Shown here piece after piece: positions 10,701 through 20,751 of a stretch of DNA of 64,000 nucleotides. Source of the DNA: Acidimicrobiales bacterium. Its GTDB lineage: Bacteria; Actinomycetota; Acidimicrobiia; Acidimicrobiales; SZUA-35. The stretch spans positions 2,262 to 66,261 of the forward strand of contig JBKECK010000016.1 in assembly GCA_047974625.1 (NCBI GenBank), given 5' to 3'. How positions within the stretch are numbered: position 1 is the first letter of the stretch; the number at the start of each line of letters is the position of its first letter. Below the pieces are notes generated by a model. The model searched no databases and was not told the origin of the DNA. It saw nothing but the letters and a program-made list of their open reading frames with translations. Made by a program: the position numbers and the translations under genes.

Positions 10701-11452
10701 CTCGAAGGACACGAACCTTACGAAGTCGCACGTGCTGAAGGGCCCTGGGTTTGTTGGGCCTCGCGCGCCTTTCGTGGGTCGGTCGCACGAGTGGCCGTTC
10801 GTGCCGCTGTAGCCAAGGGCTGGAGTCGCTCTGAGGCCAACCCCGCAGCGAAGCGGAGGGGGCGGCAGGACAACGAGCGAAGCGAGGCGTCAGCCCTGGT
10901 CAAGGCGGCGGCGTGACCCATCAGCAGCGCCACTGGCCGCGTGAGCGGTCGCGTCAAGCCCGCAACGCTGGCGGTGTCGTTGGGGTCGGCTCGGCCCCGC
11001 TGGGCCTGCCGTCGAGGTGCGCTCCTCGCTCGGTCGGCCGCAGCAGCCATCAAAGAGCAGAAACCCCAGGTACCACGCGGCCTCAACACCTCAGCGGCGT
11101 ATCGACTCACCCACGACAGGCGCGCGGGCGCCCGATTCCGAGATCGACCAGCAGTACCGGAAGCTCTTGGCAGAGTTCTCACACCCAGATGTACACGAGC
11201 CCATCAGCGACCGGTGGCTTCCGGCAGTCACCGGCCGACCTGAGCCGAACTCCAGTTGAGCGCAAGATCGATCGGAGGAAGCCGTCCGCTTGGAGCGCCG
11301 AAACTGCTTTCGGGCATCGACATTGCAGGCGATCAAGGAGGACAGCCAGCAGACAGCCAGATGGTTCCCGATAGACCGCGGCACTCAGATGTTCGACCGA
11401 TGTTCGACGCCGCCCCTCCGGCCCCCTCGCCCCACCCACCGGCCCCGCCCCC

Positions 11453-11512
11453 AAATCCACGAAACCCCGCCCGAGCCTTGGCGGCCTGGAGCGGGGTTCG
11501 GGTGCCTCGGGC
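11453..11512. repeat. 60-bp direct repeat copy 2, just downstream of tRNA-Ala
   Basis: Identical to 8250-8309. Confidence 0.9.
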
Positions 11513-11517
11513 GGTTG

Positions 11518-11590
11518 TGGAGCTAAGGAGAATTGAACTCCTGACCTCTTCCATGCCATGGAAGCGCTCTACCAACTGAGCTATAGCCCC
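11518..11590 (-). tRNA. tRNA-Ala(GGC)
   Basis: GGGGCTATAGCTCAGTTGGTAGAGCGCTTCCATGGCATGGAAGAGGTCAGGAGTTCAATTCTCCTTAGCTCCA; CCA not encoded. Confidence 0.97.
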
Positions 11591-11723
11591 GAGCGGAAGA
11601 TGATCCTACCGCGCCCCGAGCCGTTCCCAACCCGATTTGCAGGCGTCGAGGATCGGGGCGTCGGACACGCCGACGCCGTCGCCTCGCCCCGGACGGAACC
11701 GGGCGGCCGGTACCCTCCAAACG

Positions 11724-12386
11724 ATGACGAGTTCCCTTGCCGCCGCCATCGTCCTGGCCGCCGGCCTGGGCACCCGGTTCGGCCGGGCCAAGCAGTTCGA
11801 GATGGTGGCCGGCAGCCGCCTGGTCGACCGGTCGGTCCGGTTCGCCACCGAGGCCACGGGCCGCCCACCGGTGGTCGCCCTACCGGCCGGGGTGACCTGG
11901 GACGGCCCGGAGGTGGCCGCCGCGGTGACCGGCGGCGACGCCCGCCCGGAGTCGGTCCGTGCCGCCTTGGCCGCTGTCGACCCCGACGCCCAGATCGTCG
12001 TGGTGCACGACATCGCCTTCCCGCTCGCTTCGGTGGCCACGGTCCGGGCCGGGATCGCGGCCATCGAGGCCGGCGCCGACTGTGCCGTGCCCACCTGGTC
12101 GCTGCCCGACACCATCAAGCGGGTGCGGCCCGACGGCACCCTCGGGCACATCGGCCGGGAGGGCTATCTGATCGCCCAGGGGCCGATGTCGTTCCGGGCC
12201 TCGATGCTCCGGGCTCTGTACGCCGAGCCGGGCAACGCGCCGCTGGAGGACTCGATCGGGATCGAACAGCTCGGCGGCCGAGTGGTGCCCGTCGAGGGCG
12301 ACCGCTGGTCACCCCACATCGTGCAGCCTCGCGATCTCGACCTGGTCGGCCGGATCCTCGACACCGGCGGTCTCCCCCCACTCTGA
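11724..12386 (+). CDS. IspD/TarI-family cytidylyltransferase
   Basis: IVLAAGLGTRFGRAKQF, GGDARPESV, VVVHD, DTIKRV; may be a divergent paralogue. Confidence 0.75.
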   Translation: MTSSLAAAIVLAAGLGTRFGRAKQFEMVAGSRLVDRSVRFATEATGRPPVVALPAGVTWDGPEVAAAVTGGDARPESVRAALAAVDPDAQIVVVHDIAFPLASVATVRAGIAAIEAGADCAVPTWSLPDTIKRVRPDGTLGHIGREGYLIAQGPMSFRASMLRALYAEPGNAPLEDSIGIEQLGGRVVPVEGDRWSPHIVQPRDLDLVGRILDTGGLPPL

Positions 12387-12505
12387 GCCCCAGGGAACCG
12401 CGCCCGTGCTCCACCCGAAACCCGAACACCGACGGACGGACGATCGGCCACCCCAACCCTGAGCGCCGGACGGGGCCGCCGACGGCGCGGTCCGGGCCGG
12501 GCCGA

Positions 12506-13801
12506 CTACACCGAGAACGTCCGGGTCTGCTCGGCCCGGAGCTCGTCGATCAGGCGGCCGGCGGGCACTTCGACGTCGGCGTAGGTGATGCAGTGGTCCT
12601 GGGGCACGTCGCGCACCAGCACGCAGCCCTCGGCCACCCCCTGGGGCAGGAGGTCCTCCGCGGCGGTGAGGGCGGCCGTCTCACACTCCCCGTAGGTGTG
12701 GTAGCCGCCCAGCTGGTCGAGCACGGTGCCGGCCGGCAGGTCGGTCTTGGCCCGGGTGATGACCTCCACCCGGGGCCCGTCGAGGGGCTGCATGACGGGA
12801 TCACCGGCCAGGACGGCCCGGGCCACCGATGTGGGCACCTCGAAGTGGCAGAGGTGGTACGGGGTGTAGAACGAGTAGAGCGGACCCTCCCCCAGCTTGT
12901 AGAGGTTGAGGTAGTGCCGCTGTTTCGGGTCGTCGTGGGTGCCGAACACGTACACGCCGGGTCCGGGTTTGGCCCCCACCACGTAGTCGACGACACCGCC
13001 CAACTTCTGGAGTTCCTCGATGTCGTAGAGCGAGGTGGCGCCGTCGATCTGCTCGGTCCAGTCGCAGCCCTCCATGCCCCGACTGGACACGGTCATGCCG
13101 GTGGCGTTGGCCACGATGGCCTGTTCGAAGCTGATCTTGGTCCCGTCGGCGAAACTGGTCACCATGTGGACGTTCTGGCCCCACTGACGGGCGAACCCCT
13201 CCTGGGTGGTGGGGTTTCGGTAGCGGTCCTGCAGGCCCTTGATGTTGCCGCACACCAGTGGGGTCACCCCGATCCCGGTGACGAACCGGTACAGGTTCAT
13301 CTGCACCCCGGGCTGGTCGCCGTCACACGCGGTCAGGATCACGCCGTTGGCGTCGGCCCGCCGCTTCAGTATCGGTCCGACCGTGCCGTCGAGTTCGGCG
13401 TTCATGAGGACGACGTGTTGGCCGTGGTCGATGGCCTCGACGGTGGCGTGGGCCCCGTACTCGACGGCGCCGGTCACCTCCACCATCGCCTCGATCGACG
13501 GGGCCTGACACACCACGGACGGATCGTCGGTCACCGCCACCTTGCCGGCGGCCACCACGGCGTCGAGTTCGGCCGGGGTCGACACCGAGACGATGTCCGC
13601 CGGGTCGATCCCGGCCTCGACGTAGGCGTCCACGGCCTGTTGGGGGCGCCGGGCGGCCACCGCGGCAACCTCCATCCCCGGGGTCGAGTTCACGACCTGG
13701 TTGACCAGGCCGCGGCCCATGAAGCCGCAGCCCACCATGGCGAACCGGACGGGGTTGCCCTCAGCGGAGCGTTCGGCCAGTGCTCGATCGACGATGATCA
13801 T
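12506..13801 (-). CDS. NAD(P)-dependent oxidoreductase (homoserine dehydrogenase-like) with C-terminal SAF domain
   Basis: VGCGFMGRG, DGDQPG, SFADGTKISFE, PYHLCHFE, SAF-type AKTDLPAGTVLD. Confidence 0.85.
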   Translation of the reverse strand: MIIVDRALAERSAEGNPVRFAMVGCGFMGRGLVNQVVNSTPGMEVAAVAARRPQQAVDAYVEAGIDPADIVSVSTPAELDAVVAAGKVAVTDDPSVVCQAPSIEAMVEVTGAVEYGAHATVEAIDHGQHVVLMNAELDGTVGPILKRRADANGVILTACDGDQPGVQMNLYRFVTGIGVTPLVCGNIKGLQDRYRNPTTQEGFARQWGQNVHMVTSFADGTKISFEQAIVANATGMTVSSRGMEGCDWTEQIDGATSLYDIEELQKLGGVVDYVVGAKPGPGVYVFGTHDDPKQRHYLNLYKLGEGPLYSFYTPYHLCHFEVPTSVARAVLAGDPVMQPLDGPRVEVITRAKTDLPAGTVLDQLGGYHTYGECETAALTAAEDLLPQGVAEGCVLVRDVPQDHCITYADVEVPAGRLIDELRAEQTRTFSV

Positions 13802-13917
13802 CGTGAATCCTCATTCCAGGGCTGCGTTCCGAAACCAGCGTTGTCGAGGCCCCTGTCTTCGGAGCAGTGGTCACGTCGCCGCGTGTTCGACGGGCCGCCC
13901 TGGGCCTGTGGGGCCGG

Positions 13918-14463
13918 TCACCAGAGGGGTCGCTCCGGATCGAAGTCCGGCCATTTGGCGTCCTTGTCGGAGATGACGTTGACCGGAACCGGCCACTCCA
14001 ATCCAAGGGCCGGGTCGTTGAATCTGATACCTCGCTCGTATCCCGGGGTGTAGAACTCGGTCACCTGATAGGTGACCTCAGCGTCGTCGGTGAGGGTCTG
14101 GTAGCCGTGGGCGAATAGTTCAGGAACGTACAAGGCCCGCCGGTTGTCCGCGGTCAATTCGACCGACACGTGCTGGAGGTACGTGGGCGATCCGGGTCGT
14201 AGATCAACGATGATGTCGACGATGCCGCCCCGGGTGCAGCGCACCAATTTCGCCTCCGCCGCGGGCGGGAGCTGGTAGTGCATTCCCCGCAACGTCCCCG
14301 CCTTGTGGTTGAACGACAGGTTGCATTGGGCGGTCACGTCGTCGAGGCCGTGGGCTCGGAACTCGTCGCGGCAGAAGGTCCGGGCGAAGAAGCCACGGTC
14401 GTCGCCACGCTCCTCAAGGTCGAGGATCCACGCGCCGGCGCAGGCCGTCTCGGTGAAAATCAT
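13918..14463 (-). CDS. rfbC: dTDP-4-dehydrorhamnose 3,5-epimerase
   Basis: DDRGFF, GTLRGMHYQ, AKLVRCTRG, FAHGYQTL, ISDKD. Confidence 0.93.
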   Translation of the reverse strand: MIFTETACAGAWILDLEERGDDRGFFARTFCRDEFRAHGLDDVTAQCNLSFNHKAGTLRGMHYQLPPAAEAKLVRCTRGGIVDIIVDLRPGSPTYLQHVSVELTADNRRALYVPELFAHGYQTLTDDAEVTYQVTEFYTPGYERGIRFNDPALGLEWPVPVNVISDKDAKWPDFDPERPLW

Positions 14464-14551
14464 CTGCTATCCGATGCTCCGGAAGTCGAGGGGTGGGACG
14501 CCTGAACGCTAGCGGAACCGACGGCTGTGCTGGCGTTTGGGCCCGATCCCC

Positions 14552-15586
14552 TCAAGCCGTGAGTGGCGGTACCGCCCAGTAGAAATCGGGATCAAGTTGC
14601 TTCGTGGCCAGCAGTTCCTCCAGGCGGCGGAGGCGGGTGAACGGCGGCGCCTCAAACGCCGACGAACTCATATCGATGGCCTCGAACACACCTCGCAACT
14701 GGCGAGCGCCACGCTCGACGTCCCACTCGCAACCGAACCCGGGGAGCTGGCTGTTGATCTTGTCGAAGTTCACCTTGTAACTACGATTGTCGGCCCCCTC
14801 ACCGAAGCTGAGCTCGCAGCCGGGGAACACATCGGCCACGATCTCGGCCACCTCACGCACCCGGTAGTTGTGGTCGGTGTCGCCCACGTTGAACACCTGA
14901 TTGTGGACCGCCTCCCTGGGCGCCTCGAGAGCGCACTGGATGGCCTTGCCGATGTCGAGCGCGTGCACCAGGGGCCGCCAGGGTGAACCGTCGGAGGTCA
15001 TGGCGATCCGGTTCGTGGTCCAGGCCAGCCCGGACAGGTTGTTGACCACCAGGTCGAACCGCATCCGGGGCGACGCCCCGTAGGCGGTGGCGTTGCGCAT
15101 GAAGGTGGGCGAGAACGAGTCGTCGGCCATCGGCGTGAGGTCGCGCTCCACCAGGGTCTTGCAGTCGGCGTAGGCGGTCTGGGGGTTGACGGGCGAGGTC
15201 TCGTCGACCACCCCTTCGGCCACCCCGTACACCGAGCACGACGACATGTAGACGAACCGTTCGATCCCGACCTGTTTGGCCAGCTCAGCCAGGCGCACCG
15301 TTCCCACATGGTTGATCTCGTGGGTGATGCCGGGGCGCAGTTCGCCGGTGGGGTCGTTGGAGAGCTCCGCCATGTGGACGATGGCGTCCAGGCCCTCGAG
15401 GTCCTCGGCGGTGATCCGGCGCAGGTCCTTGATCAGGGTGCGCGGGGTCAGTTCAAGGGCCGGGTAGAGCCAGCCGGTCATGTAGTAGCCGGTGTCCAGC
15501 CCCACCACCTCGTGACCGGCCGCCATGAGGCGCGGTGCCAACAACGAACCCAGGTACCCCTCGGTCCCGGTGACCAGGATCTTCAT
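14552..15586 (-). CDS. NAD-dependent epimerase/dehydratase (extended SDR)
   Basis: MKILVTGTEGYLGS, SSCSVYG, YADCK. Confidence 0.9.
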   Translation of the reverse strand: MKILVTGTEGYLGSLLAPRLMAAGHEVVGLDTGYYMTGWLYPALELTPRTLIKDLRRITAEDLEGLDAIVHMAELSNDPTGELRPGITHEINHVGTVRLAELAKQVGIERFVYMSSCSVYGVAEGVVDETSPVNPQTAYADCKTLVERDLTPMADDSFSPTFMRNATAYGASPRMRFDLVVNNLSGLAWTTNRIAMTSDGSPWRPLVHALDIGKAIQCALEAPREAVHNQVFNVGDTDHNYRVREVAEIVADVFPGCELSFGEGADNRSYKVNFDKINSQLPGFGCEWDVERGARQLRGVFEAIDMSSSAFEAPPFTRLRRLEELLATKQLDPDFYWAVPPLTA

Positions 15587-15707
15587 TCGGACGTCCTTTC
15601 CTTCTTCGGAACCCGCGGTGGTCGTCCGGTGGCCATGCCCCTGTCCACCTCGACGGCCGCCGGCCCTCCCTCCCGACGGGAGCGGCCATGGGTATCGCGG
15701 GCCGGAT

Positions 15708-16928
15708 TCAACCGATCCCCGCTGAATCGAGGGCCGGCGTCGCCGTGTCGACGATCGTACGGGCGATTTCCAGCGATGCCGTTGCCGCCGGGGATGGGGC
15801 ATTACACACATGTAATGCCCGGGGCCGTTCGACCAGCAGGAAGTCGTCCACCAGACCCCCGTCGGGGCGGAGGGCTTGGGCCCGGATGCCGGCCGGTGAC
15901 GGCACGAGATCCTCGGACCGCACGGCGGGGATGAGCTCCTGGAGGCTGGCGGTGAATCGGGCCCGGCTGAACGAGCGGGCCATCTCGGCGATCCCGGTCT
16001 GCCAGTGCTTGGCGGCCAGGCGCCAGAAGCCCGGGTATTCGAACACCTCGCGGAGCTCCCCCAGGTCGATGTCGCGCTTGGTGTAGCCCTCGCGGGCCAG
16101 GGCGAGCACCGCGTTGGGTCCGGCGTGGACCCCACCGTTGATCATCTTGGTGAAGTGGACGCCGAGGAACGGGAACGCCGGGTCCGGCACGGGGTAGATG
16201 AGGGTGTTGACCAGGTACTCCTTGTCCGGGACGAGCTCGAAGTACTCCCCCCGGAACGGCACGATAGTGGCGCCCGGTTCGCCACCCTCGGCTCGGGCCA
16301 GCTGGTCGGAGTGGAGGCCCCCGCAGTTCACCAGATAACGGGCGTCGAACTCCCCGTGGTCGGTGATGATCCGATGCCCGTCCCGGTCGGGCTCGATCCC
16401 GGTCACCTCCTCCCCCAGGCGGATGTCGACCCCCCTCTGTTCACACAATCCGGCCAGGGCCCGGCACACCCCGACATAGTCGATGATGCCGGTGGTCGGC
16501 ACCCGCACCGCGGCCACGGTGTTGACGTGGGGTTCGGTCTCGCGCGCCTCGGCCGGGGTGACCATGGTGACGTCGAGGCCGTTCTCGCGGCCCCGCTGGT
16601 GGAGGGCGGTGAGGCGGTCGCGCTGGTCGTCACGGGTGGCCACGATCAGCTTGCCGCACAGGTCGTGGGCGATGCCGTGCTCCCGAGCGAAGGCCACCAT
16701 CGACTCGCGACCGGCCCGGCACAGTTCGGCCTTGAGGCTGCCGGGTGTGTAGTAGATCCCAGAGTGGATGACCCCCGAGTTCCGGCCGGTCTGGTGGCGG
16801 GCGAGGTCAGCCTCCTTCTCCACCAGGGTCACCGACAAACCGGGGTTGCGGTGGGTCAGCTCGTTGGCCACGGCCAACCCGATGATCCCCCCTCCGATCA
16901 CGACACAGTCCTGTTTCGTTGCTGGCAT
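15708..16928 (-). CDS. lhgO: L-2-hydroxyglutarate oxidase-like FAD oxidoreductase
   Basis: IGGGIIGLA, HQTGRNSGVIHSGIYY, PFLGVH, NAPSPAATASL. Confidence 0.88.
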   Translation of the reverse strand: MPATKQDCVVIGGGIIGLAVANELTHRNPGLSVTLVEKEADLARHQTGRNSGVIHSGIYYTPGSLKAELCRAGRESMVAFAREHGIAHDLCGKLIVATRDDQRDRLTALHQRGRENGLDVTMVTPAEARETEPHVNTVAAVRVPTTGIIDYVGVCRALAGLCEQRGVDIRLGEEVTGIEPDRDGHRIITDHGEFDARYLVNCGGLHSDQLARAEGGEPGATIVPFRGEYFELVPDKEYLVNTLIYPVPDPAFPFLGVHFTKMINGGVHAGPNAVLALAREGYTKRDIDLGELREVFEYPGFWRLAAKHWQTGIAEMARSFSRARFTASLQELIPAVRSEDLVPSPAGIRAQALRPDGGLVDDFLLVERPRALHVCNAPSPAATASLEIARTIVDTATPALDSAGIG

Positions 16929-17111
16929 CGCATCAAGTATGGCGGCCTCACCGATGTATGGGCGTGGGGCGCCGGAACCAGATCAACCACCGCCGACCGC
17001 CGCCGCCTGACCACAAATAGTGGTCACGCGGACGGTGCGTGAGAAGCGCTACCGTGATCGTCGCCACCCTCCCGCCAAATCCCGCCGCACCCGGGTGGTC
17101 CGACAATCGAG

Positions 17112-18473
17112 GTGGAGATGCCCGCCGAGCGACCTGGTCGCAACCGTCTCTTCCAGTCCGAACCCGCCGATCCGGAGTACTACGCGACCCTCTGGGGAAG
17201 TCGGCGTGTCACCCGGCCCCGCCTTCCCTCCGACGTGGCGGCGCCGACGGGACCTCGACCCAGCCCGTGGTCCTGGTCGGAGCTGCGGCGACGCTCCGGC
17301 TATCTGATCGCCCTGGCCGCGTTGCTGCTGGTCAGCCAGGTGGTCCTGGGCTCGCTGGTCCACTCCGAGAAGACCGAACCGGCCGGGGAACCACCCGCGG
17401 CCCCGGCCGCCCCTACCACCACGCCGTCGCTGCCGGAGCTCACTGTTCCCGCCGGTCTCAGCCGGGTGGTGGAACCCCCTGACCCGTCCAGCTTTGCGGC
17501 CACCCCCACCAGCACCGATCCGGTTCCCGTCCTTCTCGACGCCGACCTGACCGGCGACGTCGACGGCACCCTGGCCCTGGCGTTGCTGAACGGCTACCGC
17601 AATACCGGGACCGTCGACCTGCTCGGGGTGACCCTGGCCCCTGCCCCGGCGGGGGCGGCCGCCTACGCGGATGCCGTCACCACCTTCTATGGGGCCGGCG
17701 ACACCCCGATCGGGGTGCCCAACACCGCCGACGCCCCGGGCCGGACCGGGGTGTTCGTCGCCCCGGTGGTCGGCGATCCCGGCCGGTTCCCCCGCGACGT
17801 CGGCCCCGACGCCGTGGCCGGCACCCCGGGGGTGGAGGACGCGGTCGGGCTGTTGCGGCGCCTTCTGGCCGCGGCGGCCGACAACAGTGTGGTCGTCGTG
17901 GCTACCGGGTCGTCCACCAATCTTGCCCGGCTGCTGGCCTCCCCCGCCGACGCCACCGTCCCCGCCGACGGCCGCACCCTGGTGGCCAGCAAGGTCCGGC
18001 TCCTGTCGGTGGTGTCGGGCGATCCCGGCGGCCGGGCCGCGGATCCGGCCGTAACCGCCGATCTCGGGGCCGCCCGTGAGGTGTTCTCGGCGTGGCCGAC
18101 CCCGGTGGTGGTGACCCCACGAGGCCTGGGTTCCGACCTACCCCTGGCCACCGATGCGCTGGTGGTGATGCCCCGGGCCGACAACAGCCCGCTCCTGGAG
18201 GCGACCCGGCAGCAGGCCGCCAACGGCCTCAAGGTGACCTTCCCCTACCAGCAGCCCTCGGCCGGGCTGCTGGCCGTACTGGCCGCCGTCGAGGGAAACT
18301 CCGGGTTCATCACCGTGGGCGGCCCGGGGCAGGTGTTGGTGGCCGACACCGGTGAGGTCACCTTCGAGGCTCGTGACGACGGTCGGAGCCGCCTGGTCCA
18401 GGAGCCCTCGGAGGTGACGGTGGTGCACGCCATCCACGGCCGCTACCACCAGCTCCTGGGCGCCTCGGGGTGA
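17112..18473 (+). CDS. Membrane-anchored nucleoside hydrolase-like protein
   Basis: One N-terminal TM helix, Pro-rich linker, then VLLDADLTGDVDG, VVVVATGSSTNLARLL. Confidence 0.65.
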   Translation: MEMPAERPGRNRLFQSEPADPEYYATLWGSRRVTRPRLPSDVAAPTGPRPSPWSWSELRRRSGYLIALAALLLVSQVVLGSLVHSEKTEPAGEPPAAPAAPTTTPSLPELTVPAGLSRVVEPPDPSSFAATPTSTDPVPVLLDADLTGDVDGTLALALLNGYRNTGTVDLLGVTLAPAPAGAAAYADAVTTFYGAGDTPIGVPNTADAPGRTGVFVAPVVGDPGRFPRDVGPDAVAGTPGVEDAVGLLRRLLAAAADNSVVVVATGSSTNLARLLASPADATVPADGRTLVASKVRLLSVVSGDPGGRAADPAVTADLGAAREVFSAWPTPVVVTPRGLGSDLPLATDALVVMPRADNSPLLEATRQQAANGLKVTFPYQQPSAGLLAVLAAVEGNSGFITVGGPGQVLVADTGEVTFEARDDGRSRLVQEPSEVTVVHAIHGRYHQLLGASG

Positions 18474-18557
18474 CCGGCCCCGGCCGATCAGGCGATGAGC
18501 TCCCGGGCCGATCAGGCCCCGACCCTCAGGCCCCGACCCTCAGACAATGAGCCGGGC

Positions 18558-18977
18558 TCAGGCCACGTCGCTGAGGCGGGGTACGTCCTTCCACAACCGT
18601 TCGAGCGAGTAGTACTCACGGGTCTCGGCGGAGAAGACGTGGACGATGAAGCTGCCGTAGTCCATGAGGACCCAGTCGAGAGACTCCCGGCCCTCGATTC
18701 GGACCGGTTTGGGGCCACCAGTCCTGGTGAGCTGCTCCTCGATCTCGTCCACGATGGCCCGGACCTGGCGGGGGCTGCCGCCGGAGGTGATCACGAACCA
18801 GTCGGTGATGCTGAGTACCTCGCCGACGAAGAACGCCTCAGTGTCCCGGCCGAGCTTGTCGTTGGCCGCATCGACGGCGGTCCGGACCCAGCCGACGATC
18901 TCGTCGCCCGCTCCTGGGGTGGGACCGGGGCTCGTCGGGTCTTGGCCGGGTGGTTCGGGTCGGTGGTGTGTGGACAG
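18558..18977 (-). CDS. rsfS: Ribosome silencing factor RsfS, probable CTG start
   Basis: Frame stays open upstream of 18794: AANDKLGRD...ITDWFVITSG, WVLMDYG, HVF, REYYSLERLW; GGAG lies just before CTG at 18977. Confidence 0.9.
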   Translation of the reverse strand: MSTHHRPEPPGQDPTSPGPTPGAGDEIVGWVRTAVDAANDKLGRDTEAFFVGEVLSITDWFVITSGGSPRQVRAIVDEIEEQLTRTGGPKPVRIEGRESLDWVLMDYGSFIVHVFSAETREYYSLERLWKDVPRLSDVA

Positions 18978-19021
18978 GGTGGGGTTCTCCTGGCGGGCGG
19001 TTGATCCGCGGCCGCCGAAGG

Positions 19022-20131
19022 TCAGTCGATCGGGCTGTCGGCGCCAAGAACGACGGTGATGACCCCATCGCCTTCGACATCGTTGCTCCGCACAGTACTA
19101 GCCCCCAGCAACGACGCAAGCTCGTTGACCGCCGGGTCGTCGACCCCCTGGGGGACCACGATCTCCCCCGGACCGTCGTCGAAAAGGCCGGCGTTGCCGA
19201 TCTCCACCACCTCGACCCCGGTGGCGGCCAGGCGGGCGGCCACCGCCACCAGGTCGGCCTCGCCGGTGCGGTCGATCAGCCTGACCCGCAGGCGGTCCCC
19301 GGGGACAGCCCCGGCCGGGGCGGGCACGACCTCGCGGATCAGGGCCTCGACGGCCTCGTCGTCGGCCACCGGCGTTGGTTCGAGGCTGGCCAGGGGCAGG
19401 TCGACCACCCGTGACGCCGGGCCGGCCACCGAGGCCACCGCGGCGGCGGCCGGGTCGTCAGCGGAGGGTGGGGCGGCCAGCATGGCCGACCACAGCAGCC
19501 GGCGCCGGTACATGACCGTGATCGGCTCGGCCCCGTCGTTCACCTGGCCGAGAAAGGCGGCCGCGTTGCCGCCGTCCACGCCGACGTCGCCCTTGGCGAA
19601 GACCAGCGACTGATCGTGGACGACGTCGTCGGGGTTGCGCACCGTGTGGACGCCTCCGCCCAGCACGACCGGCCAGCGGGCCTCGTCGATCACCTCGATG
19701 GTGGGGATGCCGAGCCGGATCGAGCGGCTGAGAGCGCCGACGGCGTCGCGGGGTGGCCGGTCAGCCAGGCGTTCACCGTCGACCACCAGGTCGCCGGGTA
19801 CCAGGATGACGGCCCCGCCGGTCGAGGAGGACGGGTGGGCGGCCAGGATCGAGATCCCGGTGATCCGGTCGTCGGCCATCTCGACCACGGCGGTCACGGG
19901 GCTGGGTGAGACCGCTGCCCGCCACCCCGGTTCGTCGGCGGCCACCTCCTGAACGAAGGTTCCGGCGCGGGACTGGAGCAAGGCGTGGTAGCCGCCAACG
20001 GCCAGGAACGGCACCGCCATGGTGAGGATGAGTTCAGCGCCGGTGAACAGGACCATGGGGCGGTGCTGTTGCGACCAGCGGCGGCGGAGCCGTTCCCTGA
20101 AGCCCGGCGGCGTCCGGGCGGGAGACGTCAC
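19022..20131 (-). CDS. Membrane protein with LytR C-terminal-like domain
   Basis: GTGA overlap with the nadD stop; N-terminal TM; C-terminal RVRLIDRTG...VVEIGNA...ITVVLGAD. Confidence 0.7.
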   Translation of the reverse strand: MTSPARTPPGFRERLRRRWSQQHRPMVLFTGAELILTMAVPFLAVGGYHALLQSRAGTFVQEVAADEPGWRAAVSPSPVTAVVEMADDRITGISILAAHPSSSTGGAVILVPGDLVVDGERLADRPPRDAVGALSRSIRLGIPTIEVIDEARWPVVLGGGVHTVRNPDDVVHDQSLVFAKGDVGVDGGNAAAFLGQVNDGAEPITVMYRRRLLWSAMLAAPPSADDPAAAAVASVAGPASRVVDLPLASLEPTPVADDEAVEALIREVVPAPAGAVPGDRLRVRLIDRTGEADLVAVAARLAATGVEVVEIGNAGLFDDGPGEIVVPQGVDDPAVNELASLLGASTVRSNDVEGDGVITVVLGADSPID

Positions 20132-20751
20132 GTCCGCTGACGATAGAGCCCGGCGCGGTCCAGGCGTTGGATCACCCCGTCCGGGGTGAGGTAGCGGATC
20201 GACCGGCCGGCGGCGACCAGTTGGCGCAGCTCGGTGCTCGACACGTCCAGGGCGGGGATGGCGAGACGATCGACCGTCCAGCCCTCGGGGAGGGGCTGGT
20301 CGTCGGCGCCGGGACGGTTGGCCACCACGATCCGGCATCGGTCACGTAGCTCTTCGGCCCGGTGCCAGGTGTCGAGGCCGGCGGCGGCGTCGATCCCCAT
20401 CACGAGGGAGAACTCGTCGTCCGGGTGGTCCCGGTGCAGGGCGTCCAAGGTGTCGAAGGTGTAGCTGGGGCCGCCGAGCTCGATCTCCACCGCGCTGGCC
20501 GTCAGGCCTGGCCGTCCCGCCACGGCCGCCTCCACCAGCTCCAGGCGCACCGGGGCCGGTGTGATCTCGCGACTCCCCACCTTCTGCCACGGCTGGTTGC
20601 TGACCACCAGCCATACCTCGTCCACGCCGAGCTGGTCGAGGGTCTGGTCGGCGAGGACCAAGTGGCCGATGTGGGGAGGGTCGAAGGTCCCGCCCAACAG
20701 GGCGACCCGTCGGGGCTCGGGCGACCGGGTACCGGAAAAAAAGGCCTGCAC
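20128..20751 (-). CDS. nadD: Nicotinate-nucleotide adenylyltransferase
   Basis: GGTFDPPHIGH, SYTFDTL, VSSTELR. Confidence 0.95.
   Translation of the reverse strand: MQAFFSGTRSPEPRRVALLGGTFDPPHIGHLVLADQTLDQLGVDEVWLVVSNQPWQKVGSREITPAPVRLELVEAAVAGRPGLTASAVEIELGGPSYTFDTLDALHRDHPDDEFSLVMGIDAAAGLDTWHRAEELRDRCRIVVANRPGADDQPLPEGWTVDRLAIPALDVSSTELRQLVAAGRSIRYLTPDGVIQRLDRAGLYRQRT

Noticed and set aside
10720-11450. Additional IS or gene between istB and tRNA-Ala
   Set aside because: No coherent ORF or convincing terminal repeats could be supported.
11558-14053. 831-aa + strand ORF and similar long ORFs (25571-27235, 31284-33257, 37775-39538, 41883-43511)
   Set aside because: Antisense or off-frame shadows of well supported genes, typical of high-GC DNA.
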